DNA from: Caldilineales bacterium
GTDB lineage: Bacteria > Chloroflexota > Anaerolineae > JAAEKA01
Assembly (NCBI GenBank): GCA_041391245.1
Contig: JAWKOJ010000007.1
Span: forward strand, 141,883-205,882
Length of the DNA stretch: 64,000 nt
Reading direction: 5' to 3'
Part shown: one piece after another, positions 44,998-55,651 of the stretch
Layout of the letters: each line of letters begins with the position of its first letter
Numbering within the stretch: position 1 is the first letter of the stretch
The notes under the pieces: generated by a model
Told to the model about the DNA's origin: nothing
Seen by the model: only the letters and a program-made list of their open reading frames with translations
Database searches by the model: none
Program-made: the position numbers and the translations under genes

Positions 44998-47268
44998 ATG
45001 ACTGTTCAAGCTGATATCCTCGACGAGCGCAAGGTACTGTACGAGGTGGGCGAGCAGCCACCGCTGGGCTACGTGCCACCGCAGATGTACGCCTGGACGG
45101 TTCGCGCCGATCGCTTCGGCGAGCCTACCAAGGCGTGGCAGGTCGAGGTGATCGACGTCCCCGAGCCGGCCGACGACGAGGTGCTCGTCTACGTCATGGC
45201 GGCGGGGGTGAACTACAACAACGTCTGGGCGGGGCTGGGCGTGCCGGTCAACGTCATCGCGGCCCGCAACAAGGCAGGTGAGCCGGAGGACTTCCACATC
45301 GGCGGCAGCGACGGCAGCGGCATCGTCTACAAGGTCGGCAAGGATGTGACCGACCTCAAGGTTGGCGACGAGGTTGTGATCCACTGCGGCATTTGGGACC
45401 GCAACGACCCGGTGCTCGCGGCCGGCGACGACCCGATGTACGGCAACAGCTTCCGCATCTGGGGCTACGAGACCAACTGGGGCAGCTTCGCCCAGTTTAC
45501 CAAGGTGCAGGCGCACCAGTGCGTACCGCGACCGCAGCACCTGTCCTGGGAGCAGTCGGCCGCCTACATGCTGGTGGGCGCGACCGCCTATCGCATGTTG
45601 TACAACTGGGGCGCGCACTCTCTGCGCAGCGACGATGTGGTCCTGGTCTGGGGCGGCGCCGGCGGGCTGGGCTCCATGGCGATCCAGATCGTCAAGGCGG
45701 CCGGCGGACGCGCGGTGGCCGTTGTCAGCGAGGACGACAAGTTCGAATACTGCCAGAACCTCGGCGCGGCCGGCTGCATCAACCGCAGGAACTTCGACCA
45801 CTGGGGGATGCTGCCGCACTGGAAGGACACCGTCGGCTACAACCAGTGGTTGAAGGGGGTGCGCCAGTTCGGCAAGGCGATCTGGGACGTGCTGGGCGAG
45901 CGGGTCAACCCGCGCCTCGTCTTCGAGCACCCGGGCGAAACCACGATTCCCACCTCGATCTTCGTCTGTGAGACGGGCGGCATGGTCGTGATCTGCGCCG
46001 GCACCACGGGCTACAACGCGACCGTCGACCTGCGCTACCTGTGGATGCGCCAGAAACGGCTGCAAGGCTCCCATTTCGCCAACGATGATCAAGCCAGGGG
46101 GATCAACGACCTGGTGATTGCCGGCAAGGTGGACCCGTGCATGTCGCAGGCATTCACATGGAACGAGTTGCCACTCTCGCACCAGCTGATGTACGAGAAC
46201 AAGCATCCTTACGGCAACATGGCGATTCTGATCGGTGCGCCCGACTTCGGGCTGGGCGTCAAGGTGGCCGCACCGGTGCAGCAGCCGGCCACCACGCTGC
46301 CTGCCAGCCTGCCCTCCGACGACACCTACAAGGCGCCGCACGCGCCGCTGCCGGCCCCCAGCAACGGCCATGCCACGGAACTCGACACACGAACCGTGCG
46401 CGAGATCATGCATTTCGGGGTGATCGCAACAGGCGAGGATACGCCGGTAGACGATGCCGCGCAACGCATGGTGCAGTTCCACGTCCACGCGCTGGTGGTC
46501 GTGGACCCGCAAGGCTATCTGTCAGGCGTCCTGTCGCAGACCGACGTGGTGCTGGCGCGCAAGGGTCGCTCGCTGGCTGAGCTGGCCGGGCTGCGCGCCC
46601 GCGACATCATGACGCGCGATGTAGTGACCTGCACACCCGACACGACCGTATCAGAGGCGATTGCAACGATGACCCGGCGCCAGATTCACCGGCTGGTGGT
46701 GGTTGATCCAAGCCGGGGTAAATCCTGGCCGATAGGAGTTGTGAGTATGACCGACATAATCACGTACGGAATGGGCAGGGCCGACGTAGGCATGTCGCTG
46801 CCGCCGTCGTCCGTGGCTGACATCTACGAGCCGCTGGAGCCCGAGCATCAGCTGGCTGAACTGGTCGAGGATGAGACGCTGGTGCGCGACGTCATGCACC
46901 AGGGCGTCATCACATGCAGCCGCAAGACGCCGCTGGAGGAAGTAGCGCGCACCATGTTGGCCAACCAGATCCACGCGGTGGTCGTAACTGAAGGCGAACG
47001 GGCAGCAGGCGTCGTCTCCCAGACCGACATCGTCCTGGCGCAGCAGGGCCGACCCATTGAGAAGGCGGCCGCACTGACCGCCGGCGACGTCATGACCCCA
47101 GGGCTGGTCAGTTGCACCTCCGACCGCAAGCTGTCCGACGCCGTCACGCTGATGACGCGCAACCGCATCCACCGGCTGGTGGTGGTGGAGGACCGCGCAG
47201 GCAAGCTGGCGCCGGTAGGCATCCTCAGCATGACCGACGTCGTACGCCGGCTGATCAGCGAGAACTAG
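44998..47268 (+). CDS. ccr: Crotonyl-CoA carboxylase/reductase fused to four C-terminal CBS domains (two Bateman modules)
   Basis: ATG at 44998 follows AAGGAGG. The first 425 aa or so match Ccr closely ([55 protein letters not shown]). Four CBS motifs follow, from about 46390. Confidence 0.88.
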   Translation: MTVQADILDERKVLYEVGEQPPLGYVPPQMYAWTVRADRFGEPTKAWQVEVIDVPEPADDEVLVYVMAAGVNYNNVWAGLGVPVNVIAARNKAGEPEDFHIGGSDGSGIVYKVGKDVTDLKVGDEVVIHCGIWDRNDPVLAAGDDPMYGNSFRIWGYETNWGSFAQFTKVQAHQCVPRPQHLSWEQSAAYMLVGATAYRMLYNWGAHSLRSDDVVLVWGGAGGLGSMAIQIVKAAGGRAVAVVSEDDKFEYCQNLGAAGCINRRNFDHWGMLPHWKDTVGYNQWLKGVRQFGKAIWDVLGERVNPRLVFEHPGETTIPTSIFVCETGGMVVICAGTTGYNATVDLRYLWMRQKRLQGSHFANDDQARGINDLVIAGKVDPCMSQAFTWNELPLSHQLMYENKHPYGNMAILIGAPDFGLGVKVAAPVQQPATTLPASLPSDDTYKAPHAPLPAPSNGHATELDTRTVREIMHFGVIATGEDTPVDDAAQRMVQFHVHALVVVDPQGYLSGVLSQTDVVLARKGRSLAELAGLRARDIMTRDVVTCTPDTTVSEAIATMTRRQIHRLVVVDPSRGKSWPIGVVSMTDIITYGMGRADVGMSLPPSSVADIYEPLEPEHQLAELVEDETLVRDVMHQGVITCSRKTPLEEVARTMLANQIHAVVVTEGERAAGVVSQTDIVLAQQGRPIEKAAALTAGDVMTPGLVSCTSDRKLSDAVTLMTRNRIHRLVVVEDRAGKLAPVGILSMTDVVRRLISEN

Positions 47269-47274
47269 TGGAAA

Positions 47275-47428
47275 GAGCAGCAGAGTGACAGAATGACAGA
47301 GTGGCAGAGTGACAGAATGACAGAGTGGCAGAGTGACAGAGCGACAGGACAGAGCAGCCAGCGCTGACCCTCTGACTCTCTGACTCTCTGTTCTTCTGAC
47401 CTTCTGTTCTTCTGACCTTCTGACCTTC
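47275..47428. repeat. Intercistronic low-complexity element: gacaga/gtggcaga words (24-nt unit x 2) followed by ctctgac/ttctgac words
   Basis: cagagtgacagaatgacagagtgg occurs at 47281-47304 and again at 47305-47328. The complementary-composition CT-rich half is at 47368-47428. Confidence 0.75.
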
Positions 47429-47461
47429 CCATCGCAACACATTACACGAAAGGACCGGCCA

Positions 47462-48634
47462 ATGACCGTACTAACCGGTGAATACGAAACCATCCGGCGC
47501 GAGACGCGCAAGTTTGCCGAGAAAGAGGTCGCGCCGGTTGCCCACGACCTGTACAACGAAGGCGCCGAGATACCGATGCCCATCATCCGCAAGATGGCCG
47601 ATCTCGGCTACTTCGCAATGGCGATCCCCGAACGGTATGGCGGCCTCGGCATGGACACACTGACAATCACCCTTGTCACCGAGGAATTGAGTCGGGTCTG
47701 GCTGTCGGTAGGATCCGTGATGACAAGGATGCTTATCGCCGGCGGGTTGCTTCTGACAGGCGGCACCGAGGAGCAGAAGGATCGCTGGCTGCCAGGCATT
47801 GCGGCCGGGGACGTTTTGCCCGCGGCCGCGTTCACAGAGCCGAATGCTGGCTCCGACACTGCCGGCATGCAGCTCCGAGCCGTCAGGCAGGACAATGGAG
47901 CGTATCTGCTCAACGGCGCCAAGACCTGGATCACCTTCGCCAACCGCGCTCACATCATGACCGTGCTGGCGCGCACCGATCCCGACGCCAGCAAGCGCCA
48001 CAAAGGGCTGTCGATGTTCGTGGTCGAAAAGGAGCCGGGCAACGGTTTCGTGCCGCCGCATCTGACAGGCGCGCCCATTCCCACCATCGGCTACTACGGC
48101 ATGAAATCCTTCAGCCTCAACTTCGAGGACTTCGCGGTGCCGCCCGAGAACCTTATCGGGGGCGTGGAGGGGCGCGGCTTCTACCAGCTCATGGGCGTCT
48201 ACGAGACGGCGCGCATCCAGACCGCGGCGCGCGCAGTCGGCGTCGCACAGGCGGCCTTCGATGCAGCGCTGCAGTACGCCCAGGAGCGCGAGCAGTTTGG
48301 CAAGCCCATCGCCGAGTTTCAGGTCATCCAGCACAAGCTGGCCCACATGGCTACCGATATCGAGGCCGCGCGCCAACTGACCTACTACGCAGCGCAGAAA
48401 AAGGACGCGGGGGAGCGCAGCGACCTGGAGGCCGGCATGGCCAAGCTGTTCGCAGCCGACATGGTGGAGAAAGTGACCAGCGACGCCCTGCAGATCTTCG
48501 GCGGCTACGGCTACGCCATGGAATACCCCGCGCACCGCTTCTGGCGCGACGGCCGCATCTTCAAGATCTTCGAGGGCACCAGCGAGATCCAGGCCGAGGT
48601 GATTGCGCGACGGCTGATACCGGAGAGGAAGTAA
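47462..48634 (+). CDS. Acyl-CoA dehydrogenase
   Basis: 390 aa. ACAD motifs are present (TEPNAGSD, GAKTWITFA, FGKPIAEFQ, IFEGTSEIQ). Confidence 0.9.
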   Translation: MTVLTGEYETIRRETRKFAEKEVAPVAHDLYNEGAEIPMPIIRKMADLGYFAMAIPERYGGLGMDTLTITLVTEELSRVWLSVGSVMTRMLIAGGLLLTGGTEEQKDRWLPGIAAGDVLPAAAFTEPNAGSDTAGMQLRAVRQDNGAYLLNGAKTWITFANRAHIMTVLARTDPDASKRHKGLSMFVVEKEPGNGFVPPHLTGAPIPTIGYYGMKSFSLNFEDFAVPPENLIGGVEGRGFYQLMGVYETARIQTAARAVGVAQAAFDAALQYAQEREQFGKPIAEFQVIQHKLAHMATDIEAARQLTYYAAQKKDAGERSDLEAGMAKLFAADMVEKVTSDALQIFGGYGYAMEYPAHRFWRDGRIFKIFEGTSEIQAEVIARRLIPERK

Positions 48635-48685
48635 TCAGTTATCAGTTACCAGTGATCAGAACTGATTACTGACCTCTGATAACTG

Positions 48686-50161
48686 ATGACTGCGACAGAG
48701 AGTGCATCCATGAAAACAACCTTCACACCCGAGAAAATCGCCGGCATCACGCAGCGCATCGAGGCGGCCAACGAACAGTTTCGCCGCGACTATCCGGGCG
48801 ACGTGACCAGGCGCCAGCCGGTACACACCGTCTACGGCGGCGCGCACCTGTTCAAGGCCGACACGGCGGCTAAGCTGGGAGGCATCGCGCTGCGCAACCT
48901 GGACGCCTACGGTCCCAACTTCGTCGTTTTTGCCAGGGCGCTGGGCCTGCCGGGCGCCGAGACGCTGCCGACCGCTGAGGCCGAGATTGCCCACCTGGGC
49001 CAGGTCATCGAGCACGACCCCGACGCCATTTGCCGCGCCAACGAGCCGGCCTGGATGGCCTACACGGTCTACCGGCGGGTGCGCGACAAGCTGAAGCACG
49101 AGCCGGTGGAGGACTACCGCGTCGACTTCGAGGACGGCTACGGCAACCGGCCCGAGGAAGAAGAGGACTTCCACGCCATCACCGTCGGCGAGCAGCTGGC
49201 CGAGGGGATGACCGCCGGCACGCTGCCGCCCTTCATCGGCATCCGCATCAAACCGTTCACGCTGGAAAGCTACGGGCGCGCCGTGCGCACACTGGATCTT
49301 GCCATCACCGCGCTGGCCGACGCCAGCGGCGGCAAGGTTCCGGCGAACTTCGTGGTCACGCTACCCAAGGTGACCATGCCCGAGCAGGTCGCGGCGCTGG
49401 CAGAGCTGGTCGGGCAACTGGAGCAGCAGAACGGCATCAAGGCGGGCGCCATCGGGCTGGACCTGATGATCGAGACGCCGCAGTCGATCATCGACCACCT
49501 GGGCGAGAACACGGTCAACCTGCTGGTGCGGGCCGGCAATGGCCGCGTGCGCTACTGCGCCTTCGGCACCTACGACTACACCGCGCTGGTCAACATCACC
49601 GCCCACTTCCAGACCCACACCCATCCGGCGGCCGACTTCGCGCGCCACGTCTTGCAGGTCAGCCTGGCCGGCACCGGCGTTACCGTCTGCGACGGCGCGA
49701 CCACCACCATGCCCATCGGTCCGCACCGGGCTGCCAGAGGCAGCGCCCTGACCCCGCAGCAGGAGGCCGAGAATCTGGCCGTGGTCCATGCCGCCTGGAG
49801 GCTGCACTACGACAACATCCGCCACTCGCTGCGCCACGCCTACTACCAGGGCTGGGACCTGAACCCGGCCCAGTTGCCGGTGCGCTATGCCGCAATCTAC
49901 GCCTTTTTCCTGGAGAGCCTGGATGACGCATCCATGCGCTTGAACCGCTTCGTGGACGCGGCGGCGCAGGCCACGCTGAGTGGCAACATGTTCGACGACG
50001 CGGCGACGGGACAGGGGTTGCTCAACTTCTTCCTGCGCGGCATCGCCTGTGGCGCCATCACCGAGGAGGAGGCCATGGCCACCGGCATCACGCTGGATGA
50101 GCTACACGGCCGCTCGTTCGTCAAGATCGTGCAGAACCGGGCGTACAAGAGGACGCTGTAG
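48686..50161 (+). CDS. CitE/HpcH-like aldolase-lyase family protein (tentative; possible acyl-CoA lyase)
   Basis: VDFEDGYG and LMIETPQSI resemble the D-x-E-D and I-E-T metal/substrate motifs of the CitE/malyl-CoA lyase fold. It sits in a Ccr/mutase/hydratase context. Confidence 0.45.
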   Translation: MTATESASMKTTFTPEKIAGITQRIEAANEQFRRDYPGDVTRRQPVHTVYGGAHLFKADTAAKLGGIALRNLDAYGPNFVVFARALGLPGAETLPTAEAEIAHLGQVIEHDPDAICRANEPAWMAYTVYRRVRDKLKHEPVEDYRVDFEDGYGNRPEEEEDFHAITVGEQLAEGMTAGTLPPFIGIRIKPFTLESYGRAVRTLDLAITALADASGGKVPANFVVTLPKVTMPEQVAALAELVGQLEQQNGIKAGAIGLDLMIETPQSIIDHLGENTVNLLVRAGNGRVRYCAFGTYDYTALVNITAHFQTHTHPAADFARHVLQVSLAGTGVTVCDGATTTMPIGPHRAARGSALTPQQEAENLAVVHAAWRLHYDNIRHSLRHAYYQGWDLNPAQLPVRYAAIYAFFLESLDDASMRLNRFVDAAAQATLSGNMFDDAATGQGLLNFFLRGIACGAITEEEAMATGITLDELHGRSFVKIVQNRAYKRTL

Positions 50162-50200
50162 CGGAAACGTCGTGCGTGATGCAGGCGGCAGGAGCAAGGC

Positions 50201-51888
50201 ATGGATGACTCTGAGCGGAACAGCCTGACTGAAGCGGTGCGGACGTGGGAGGAACGTGACGTGGTCCAGTCGGTCCGGCGTGCCGGAGCGCGCCGAAGCT
50301 GCACATGTTCAGCGGCTACACACGCCGCTGAACGCCGGGCCGCAGCCACCGCCGGAGGCCGACCAGCAATGGTACCTGGAAACCCTGGGCTTTCCCGGCC
50401 AGTACCCGTTTACCCGCGGCGTGCAGCCGACCATGTACCGCAGCCGCTTCTGGACCATGCGCCAGTACGCCGGCTACGGCACGGCCGCGGAGGCCAACGA
50501 GCGCTTCAAGTACCTGCTCAGCCAGGGCCAGACCGGACTGAGCGTCGCGTTCGACCTGGCGACGCAGATCGGCTACGACAGCGACGACCCGCTGGCTGCC
50601 GGCGAGGTGGGGCAGGCCGGCGTAGCCATCGACTCGCTGGCGGATATGGAAGCGCTGCTGGATGGCATCCCTCTGGAAAAGGTCAGCGTCAGCATGACCA
50701 TCAACGCGCCGGCGGCTGTGTTGTTAGCCATGGTGGTCGCCACCGGCGAGAAGGCGGCGTGCCGGCCGGCAAGCTGACCGGCACCATCCAGAACGACATC
50801 CTCAAGGAATACGTCGCCCGCGGCACCTATATCTTCCCGCCCGGCCCCAGCGTGCGGCTGGCTGCAGACACCATCGCCTGGTGCGCGCAGAATGCGCCGC
50901 GTTGGAACGCGATCAGCGTCAGCGGCTACCACATCCGCGACGCCGGCAGCACGGCAGCCCAGGAGATGGGCTTCGCAATCGCCAACGCTGGCCTACATCG
51001 ACGCAGTGCTGGCCGCGGCGTCGCCATCGACGATTTCGCGGGGCGCATCTCGTGGATCTTCAACACCCAGAACAACTTCTTCGAGGAGGCCGCCAAATAC
51101 CGCGCTGCGCCGCTTGTGGGCGCCTCTACTGCGCGATAAGTACGGCGCCAGCGACCCGCGTTCCATGGCGTTGCGCACCCACGTCCAGACCGGCAGCGAC
51201 GCTGACCGCCCAGCAGCCGTTGAACAACATCGCCCGCGCCGGTTTCCAGGCATTGTCAAGCGTCCTTGGCGGCATCCAGAGCATGGCGCTGAGCTGCTAC
51301 GACGAGGCGCTGGCGCTGCCCACCGAGGAGGCTCAGGCCACTGCCCTGCGAACCCAGCAGATCATCGCCCACGAGATCGGCGTCACCGAGGTCATCGACC
51401 CGCTGGCCGGCTCCTACTACGTGGAAAGCCTCACCGACCGGCTGGAGGCCGAGGCGCGGGCGCTGATCGACAAGGTGCAGGAACTGGGCGGGGCGGTCAA
51501 GGCCATCGAGAGCGGCTGGATGCAGCAGCAGATCGCCGACAGCGCCTGGAACGCACAACAGGCCGTAGAAAGCGGCCGGCAGATCATCGTCGGTGTCAAC
51601 GCCTATCAGACGCCGGGCAAGGAGCGGCCGGTCGGCATCTTCCGCCCCGACCCCGAGACCTACCGCGTCCAGATCGAGCGCAAGCAAAAGCTGCTGGCGG
51701 AGCGGGATGAGGGCGCGGCGTCGGCTTCCCTCGCTGCATTGCGATCCGCTGCACAGTCACCAGCCAGCCCCGCCAACAACCTGATGCCGCCGATAATCGA
51801 CGCCGTGCGCGCCTACGCCACCATGGGCGAGATCTGCGGCGTGCTCCGGCAGGTCTGGGGCGAATACGAGCCGCCGGTGGTGATCTGA
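50201..51888 (+). CDS. Methylmalonyl-CoA-mutase-family large (catalytic) subunit, with at least 5 frame disruptions
   Basis: The pieces read [82 protein letters not shown] and [12 protein letters not shown], spread over three frames (50201.., 50256.., 50881.., 50892..). Confidence 0.8.
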
Positions 51889-52021
51889 CAGAAGGGACGT
51901 TGAGGGAAAAAAGGAAACGAGGGAAAGGTAGGAAAGCTGTGAGTTCCGATTTCCCTGCTTTCCCTGGTTTCCTTCTTTTCCCTCTCCCCTCCCCCTCCGC
52001 TTTCTGACGAAAGGACGACCC

Positions 52022-52483
52022 ATGCTCGACCACAGCTACATCGGTAAGAAACTGCCGCTGATTCGCTACGAAGTGGACGCCAGCAAGATCCGCGAGCTGG
52101 CCATGGCCTTGGGCGACGACAACCCGCTGTTTCGTGACGAGGAAACCGCCCGGGCGGCCGGCTTTCCCGACATCGTCGCACCGCTAACCTTCCCCACGCT
52201 GTTCCGCTTCTGGGGCGGCACGCCGGCCGGCGCCGAGACGCGCGCCCTGCTGGGCGAGATGGGCGCCGATCTGTTGCGGGTGCTGCACGGCGAGGAGGAG
52301 TACGAGTACTTCGGCACGCTCAGCCCCGACGACGACATCACCGGCGAGCTGGAGATCGTCAGCATCGACCGCAAGGAGGGCAGCGCCGGCCCCATGGACA
52401 TGGTCAAAACCCGCGCCACCTACCGCGACCAGCACGGCACCGTCAAGGTCATCGCCCGGGCGACCATGGTCGTGCGCTGGTAG
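52022..52483 (+). CDS. MaoC_dehydratase-N-type hotdog protein
   Basis: 153 aa. The N-terminal-type FAS1/MaoC hydratase pattern is present (YEVDASKIRELAMALGDDNPLF...APLTFPT). Confidence 0.7.
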   Translation: MLDHSYIGKKLPLIRYEVDASKIRELAMALGDDNPLFRDEETARAAGFPDIVAPLTFPTLFRFWGGTPAGAETRALLGEMGADLLRVLHGEEEYEYFGTLSPDDDITGELEIVSIDRKEGSAGPMDMVKTRATYRDQHGTVKVIARATMVVRW

Positions 52484-52600
52484 ATTGGGGACTGGTAAAT
52501 TGGTAAGTTAGTAAATTGGTTAAGTGGGTAGGGCGGCTCGCGGCGGCGACTCTCCACCAATCTACCAATCTACCAATCTACCAATCTACCGATGGCAAAC
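52484..52600. repeat. Intercistronic word hairpin: ggtagattgg/ggtaaattgg words versus ccaatcta x 4
   Basis: ggtagattgg at 52479-52488. The 8-nt unit ccaatcta is repeated 4 times at 52557-52590; it is the reverse complement of the left-hand word. Confidence 0.7.
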
Positions 52601-52610
52601 GAGGAACAAC

Positions 52611-53024
52611 ATGAGTCCTAAATTCGAAGATATCCATGTCGGCGACGCGCTGCCCAGTCTGACCAAGCCGGCGATCACAGAGGTGCAGTTGGTGCGCTAC
52701 AGCGGGGCATCGGGCGATTTCAACCCCATCCACACGGTGCACCAGGCCGGTGTGGACAGCGGCAACGGCGGCGTAATCACCCACGGCATGGTGATCATGG
52801 GCTTCGTGGGCCAGATGATCACGGACTGGGTGCGGCCCGACCAGGTGCGCAGGTTCGGCGTACGCTTCACCGGCATCAGCCGGCCCGGCGACGAGATAAC
52901 CGTCCGCGGCCAGGTGGTGGAGAAGTTCGAGGCGGACGGGGAGCAGCGGGTTCGCTGCCAGGTCGAGGCCGTGGACCAGACCGGCCATCGCAAGGTCAAA
53001 GGGGAGTTCATCGCGGCGTTGTAG
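52611..53024 (+). CDS. MaoC-like (R)-specific enoyl-CoA hydratase hotdog protein
   Basis: ATG at 52611. Contains YSGASGDFNPIHT and a hotdog-fold C-terminal half. Confidence 0.8.
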   Translation: MSPKFEDIHVGDALPSLTKPAITEVQLVRYSGASGDFNPIHTVHQAGVDSGNGGVITHGMVIMGFVGQMITDWVRPDQVRRFGVRFTGISRPGDEITVRGQVVEKFEADGEQRVRCQVEAVDQTGHRKVKGEFIAAL

Positions 53025-53146
53025 GATAGCCGAGGCGCGACAAATCGGCTCCGGGTTGAGACTGAGTCAGTGGATGGATTTGTCCAAAAGGGCCGTGCTC
53101 GGTAGTATAGCCGGACAACCTGAAAGACTGGAAGGCTTTTCCGACC

Positions 53147-53680
53147 ATGACCCATCGTACGAGACCCAACCGACTTGCCTGGCTGCTGTTGGCCACGCTA
53201 GTTGCGCTGCCGGCGCTGGCCTGTGGACGCACGACCGAGGTACCCACACCGACCGCCACTCCCGTTATTCCGACGCCGGCCAACGCGCCTGCCGAGCCGA
53301 CGTCTGCCATCGTTCCGCCGTCACAGATCGAGGTGGTGATTACCGAGAAAGACATCGAAGATGGCGCTCGATCCACCAGGCTGGAGGGGGTGACTATCGA
53401 AGGCCTGGATGTCACATTTCAGCAGGACCAGATGACGTTGACCGCCGCGCACCTTAGCTATGGCGTTCTCAACCTGCGCGACGTGCTGGTCGAGGGCACG
53501 CTGCGGGCACAGGATGGCGTGCCGGTGTTCGATGCGACGCGCATCGAGCCGTCGAACTTCGCCACCAACCTCATTCCCCCTCTGATCAACCAGTTTCTGA
53601 GTGCGCTTGCCAACAGTTGGTACGTAGAAGACGTCCGCGTCGAGCCGGGCCAGTTGGTACTGCTGACCCGCCAGAAATGA
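53147..53680 (+). CDS. Hypothetical lipoprotein
   Basis: A signal peptide with lipobox LPALAC-G and a PT-rich linker. No family recognised. Confidence 0.5.
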   Translation: MTHRTRPNRLAWLLLATLVALPALACGRTTEVPTPTATPVIPTPANAPAEPTSAIVPPSQIEVVITEKDIEDGARSTRLEGVTIEGLDVTFQQDQMTLTAAHLSYGVLNLRDVLVEGTLRAQDGVPVFDATRIEPSNFATNLIPPLINQFLSALANSWYVEDVRVEPGQLVLLTRQK

Positions 53681-53898
53681 TCCCGACCGTTTCCGCTTAG
53701 AATCCAGCGAAGTCCGGCTTTGCGGAAAAAGCCGGACTTCTTGTCGTCAAATGTATGTGCCAGTGCAGGCCGGTTCAGAAGCCGGGAGACGTACCTGCGC
53801 CGCCCCTGTCTGAACTGGCGTCCAGGCGCGGTCTCGCCCTGAGCTTGTCGAAAGGCGCGCCTCGGCAGGCTCGGCGCTCGTAGTAGCTGGAACGACGC

Positions 53899-55415
53899 CT
53901 ATCGGCCGCTCAGCGGCGCGTTGGTGTCTGTCAGCACCTGCTGATAAACCTCGTAGTCGCCGAAGTACTGCCTGTCAAAGGTTTGGCCGTTCACTGTTCC
54001 TGAGAACAGCCACCGCTTGACGTACTGCATCAGCGCCAGAACGCCTGCTTCCGTGTCGTAACACGCCTGTCCTTCGTAGAGCACCGTCCAACCATCCTGC
54101 TGCGGAACCTCCTGGGTCCGGGTGTCGGTACACCAGACGGATAGCTGCTCGCCCAACAGGTCAATGGATCGGACGGATTGTCCCGGGTTCGCGCCTTCCC
54201 AAATGTTGAAGAGGGTAGCGCTGGCTGAGCTTTGTCGCTCCTTGCCAGTGTAGCGATCTACCTGCGTCAACCAGTCTTCCGGCTCACCGCAGCCATCCGG
54301 CCACGACGATGTTCGCGTGACCTCCAGCCAGCGATCGTTGACGACTCGCAGCGCGTTAGCCTCGCTCTGCCCGAGACACTCCTCCTGATTGCAACCGCTG
54401 CCGTGGCATTCCCAGCGCAGCTCCCACGACGCGTTCAGGTCGTCAGGGATCAGCGGTCCGACCACCGGCACGGCTCCCCGGTCGCCCTCGAAACGCACGA
54501 CGGACTGGCTGGCCCAGCCGGGCGTGCCGTTCACACAGCATACCTGCCACCAGGACTGACCCTCGTTGCTGCCGGTAACCTGCAGGGTCGTTCCCTGGCG
54601 GGTGGTGGCAACAACCGGGAACGAGGTCCCGGGACCACCGCGCACGTTGGCCTGCTGTGACGTGACAACCGCTGTGCCGAAACTGACAGGTGTCGGCGAG
54701 GGTTGGCGTTGCCGCGGATACCTGTCCACCGGAGCCGGCGGCAGGCAAGGCCCGGCGACCCACCCCGTTCCCGTCGCAGTGGGCAGAGACGTGGAAGTCG
54801 GGGTCGCCGCGGGTGTCGCGGTCTGGGTCACGACCTCTGTTGCCGTGGGCGTCGCAGTTGGAGTGACGATCTCCGTCGCCGTGGGCGTCGAAGTAACCGT
54901 GACCGCAACCGTTTCCGTCGGCGTTGCCGTGCGTGTGATCGCAGGTGTCGCAGTCAGCGTCGCCGTAGCGGTGATATCCGTCCTGGCGGTTGTAGTCGGC
55001 GTCGCGGGTACGGTCGCCGAAAGAGCCGGCGTCGCGGTCAGCTCGACGGTGGCTGTCACCGTTGGCGATGTCATAAGATCGGTCAACGTCAACGACACCT
55101 TGACGGTCGGCGATATGACGACGGTGTTGGTGGCAGGAATCGTCTCGGAAATGAGGACCGTCGGAGACACAGTGGCCGTGGTGGTGATGACGGCGGGCGC
55201 TGCCGCTTCAGCGGTAAGCTGGGCGATTTGCTGCGCCGCCGCGACTTCCGTGGCCATTGCGGCTGCCAGTTTCTCAGCCGCCGCAGCCTCTGTGGGCGCG
55301 ACTCGGCAACCATGGCAATCGCGGTTGCTTGTTCAGGGCTGGGTGGCGGCGCGACACAGGCGGTCGCCAGAACGAGCAGAGTTCCTAGCGCAAGAATCTT
55401 TTGCAAGTGCGTGCA
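53899..55415 (-). CDS. Lipoprotein with a long T/P/A-rich low-complexity region and a bacterial SH3-like domain (two frame disruptions near the 5' end)
   Basis: ATG at 55415 follows GGGAGAGG. MHALAK(I)LALGTLLVLATAC is restored if the T4 run at 55399-55402 is T3. The SH3b-like segment is ANVRGGPGTSFPVVATTRQGTTLQVTG...WWQV. Confidence 0.6.
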
Positions 55416-55551
55416 TGTCCTCTCCCGTCGGCGGATAAGGGCGGGTGTCGGGTATGTGAGGATGACCTGCAAGGCATTATAGTGCGCCGCGGGACACGTG
55501 TCAATCCGTCGAAACCGCGCCACTTCGCTTAGCCAATTATGACACAAATCA

Positions 55552-55580
55552 TTGACGGGCACGCCCTTTGCGTGTAAACT
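55552..55580 (+). promoter_or_regulatory. Sigma70-like promoter for the VWA lipoprotein gene
   Basis: TTGACG (55552-55557), a 17-nt spacer, then TAAACT (55575-55580). Confidence 0.4.
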
Positions 55581-55651
55581 CGTAACGGTCGGAGTTGTTG
55601 CTGTCCGGCCAAACGTTTCACTTGGCTATCGCTGAAGCCATGGGAGGAACC

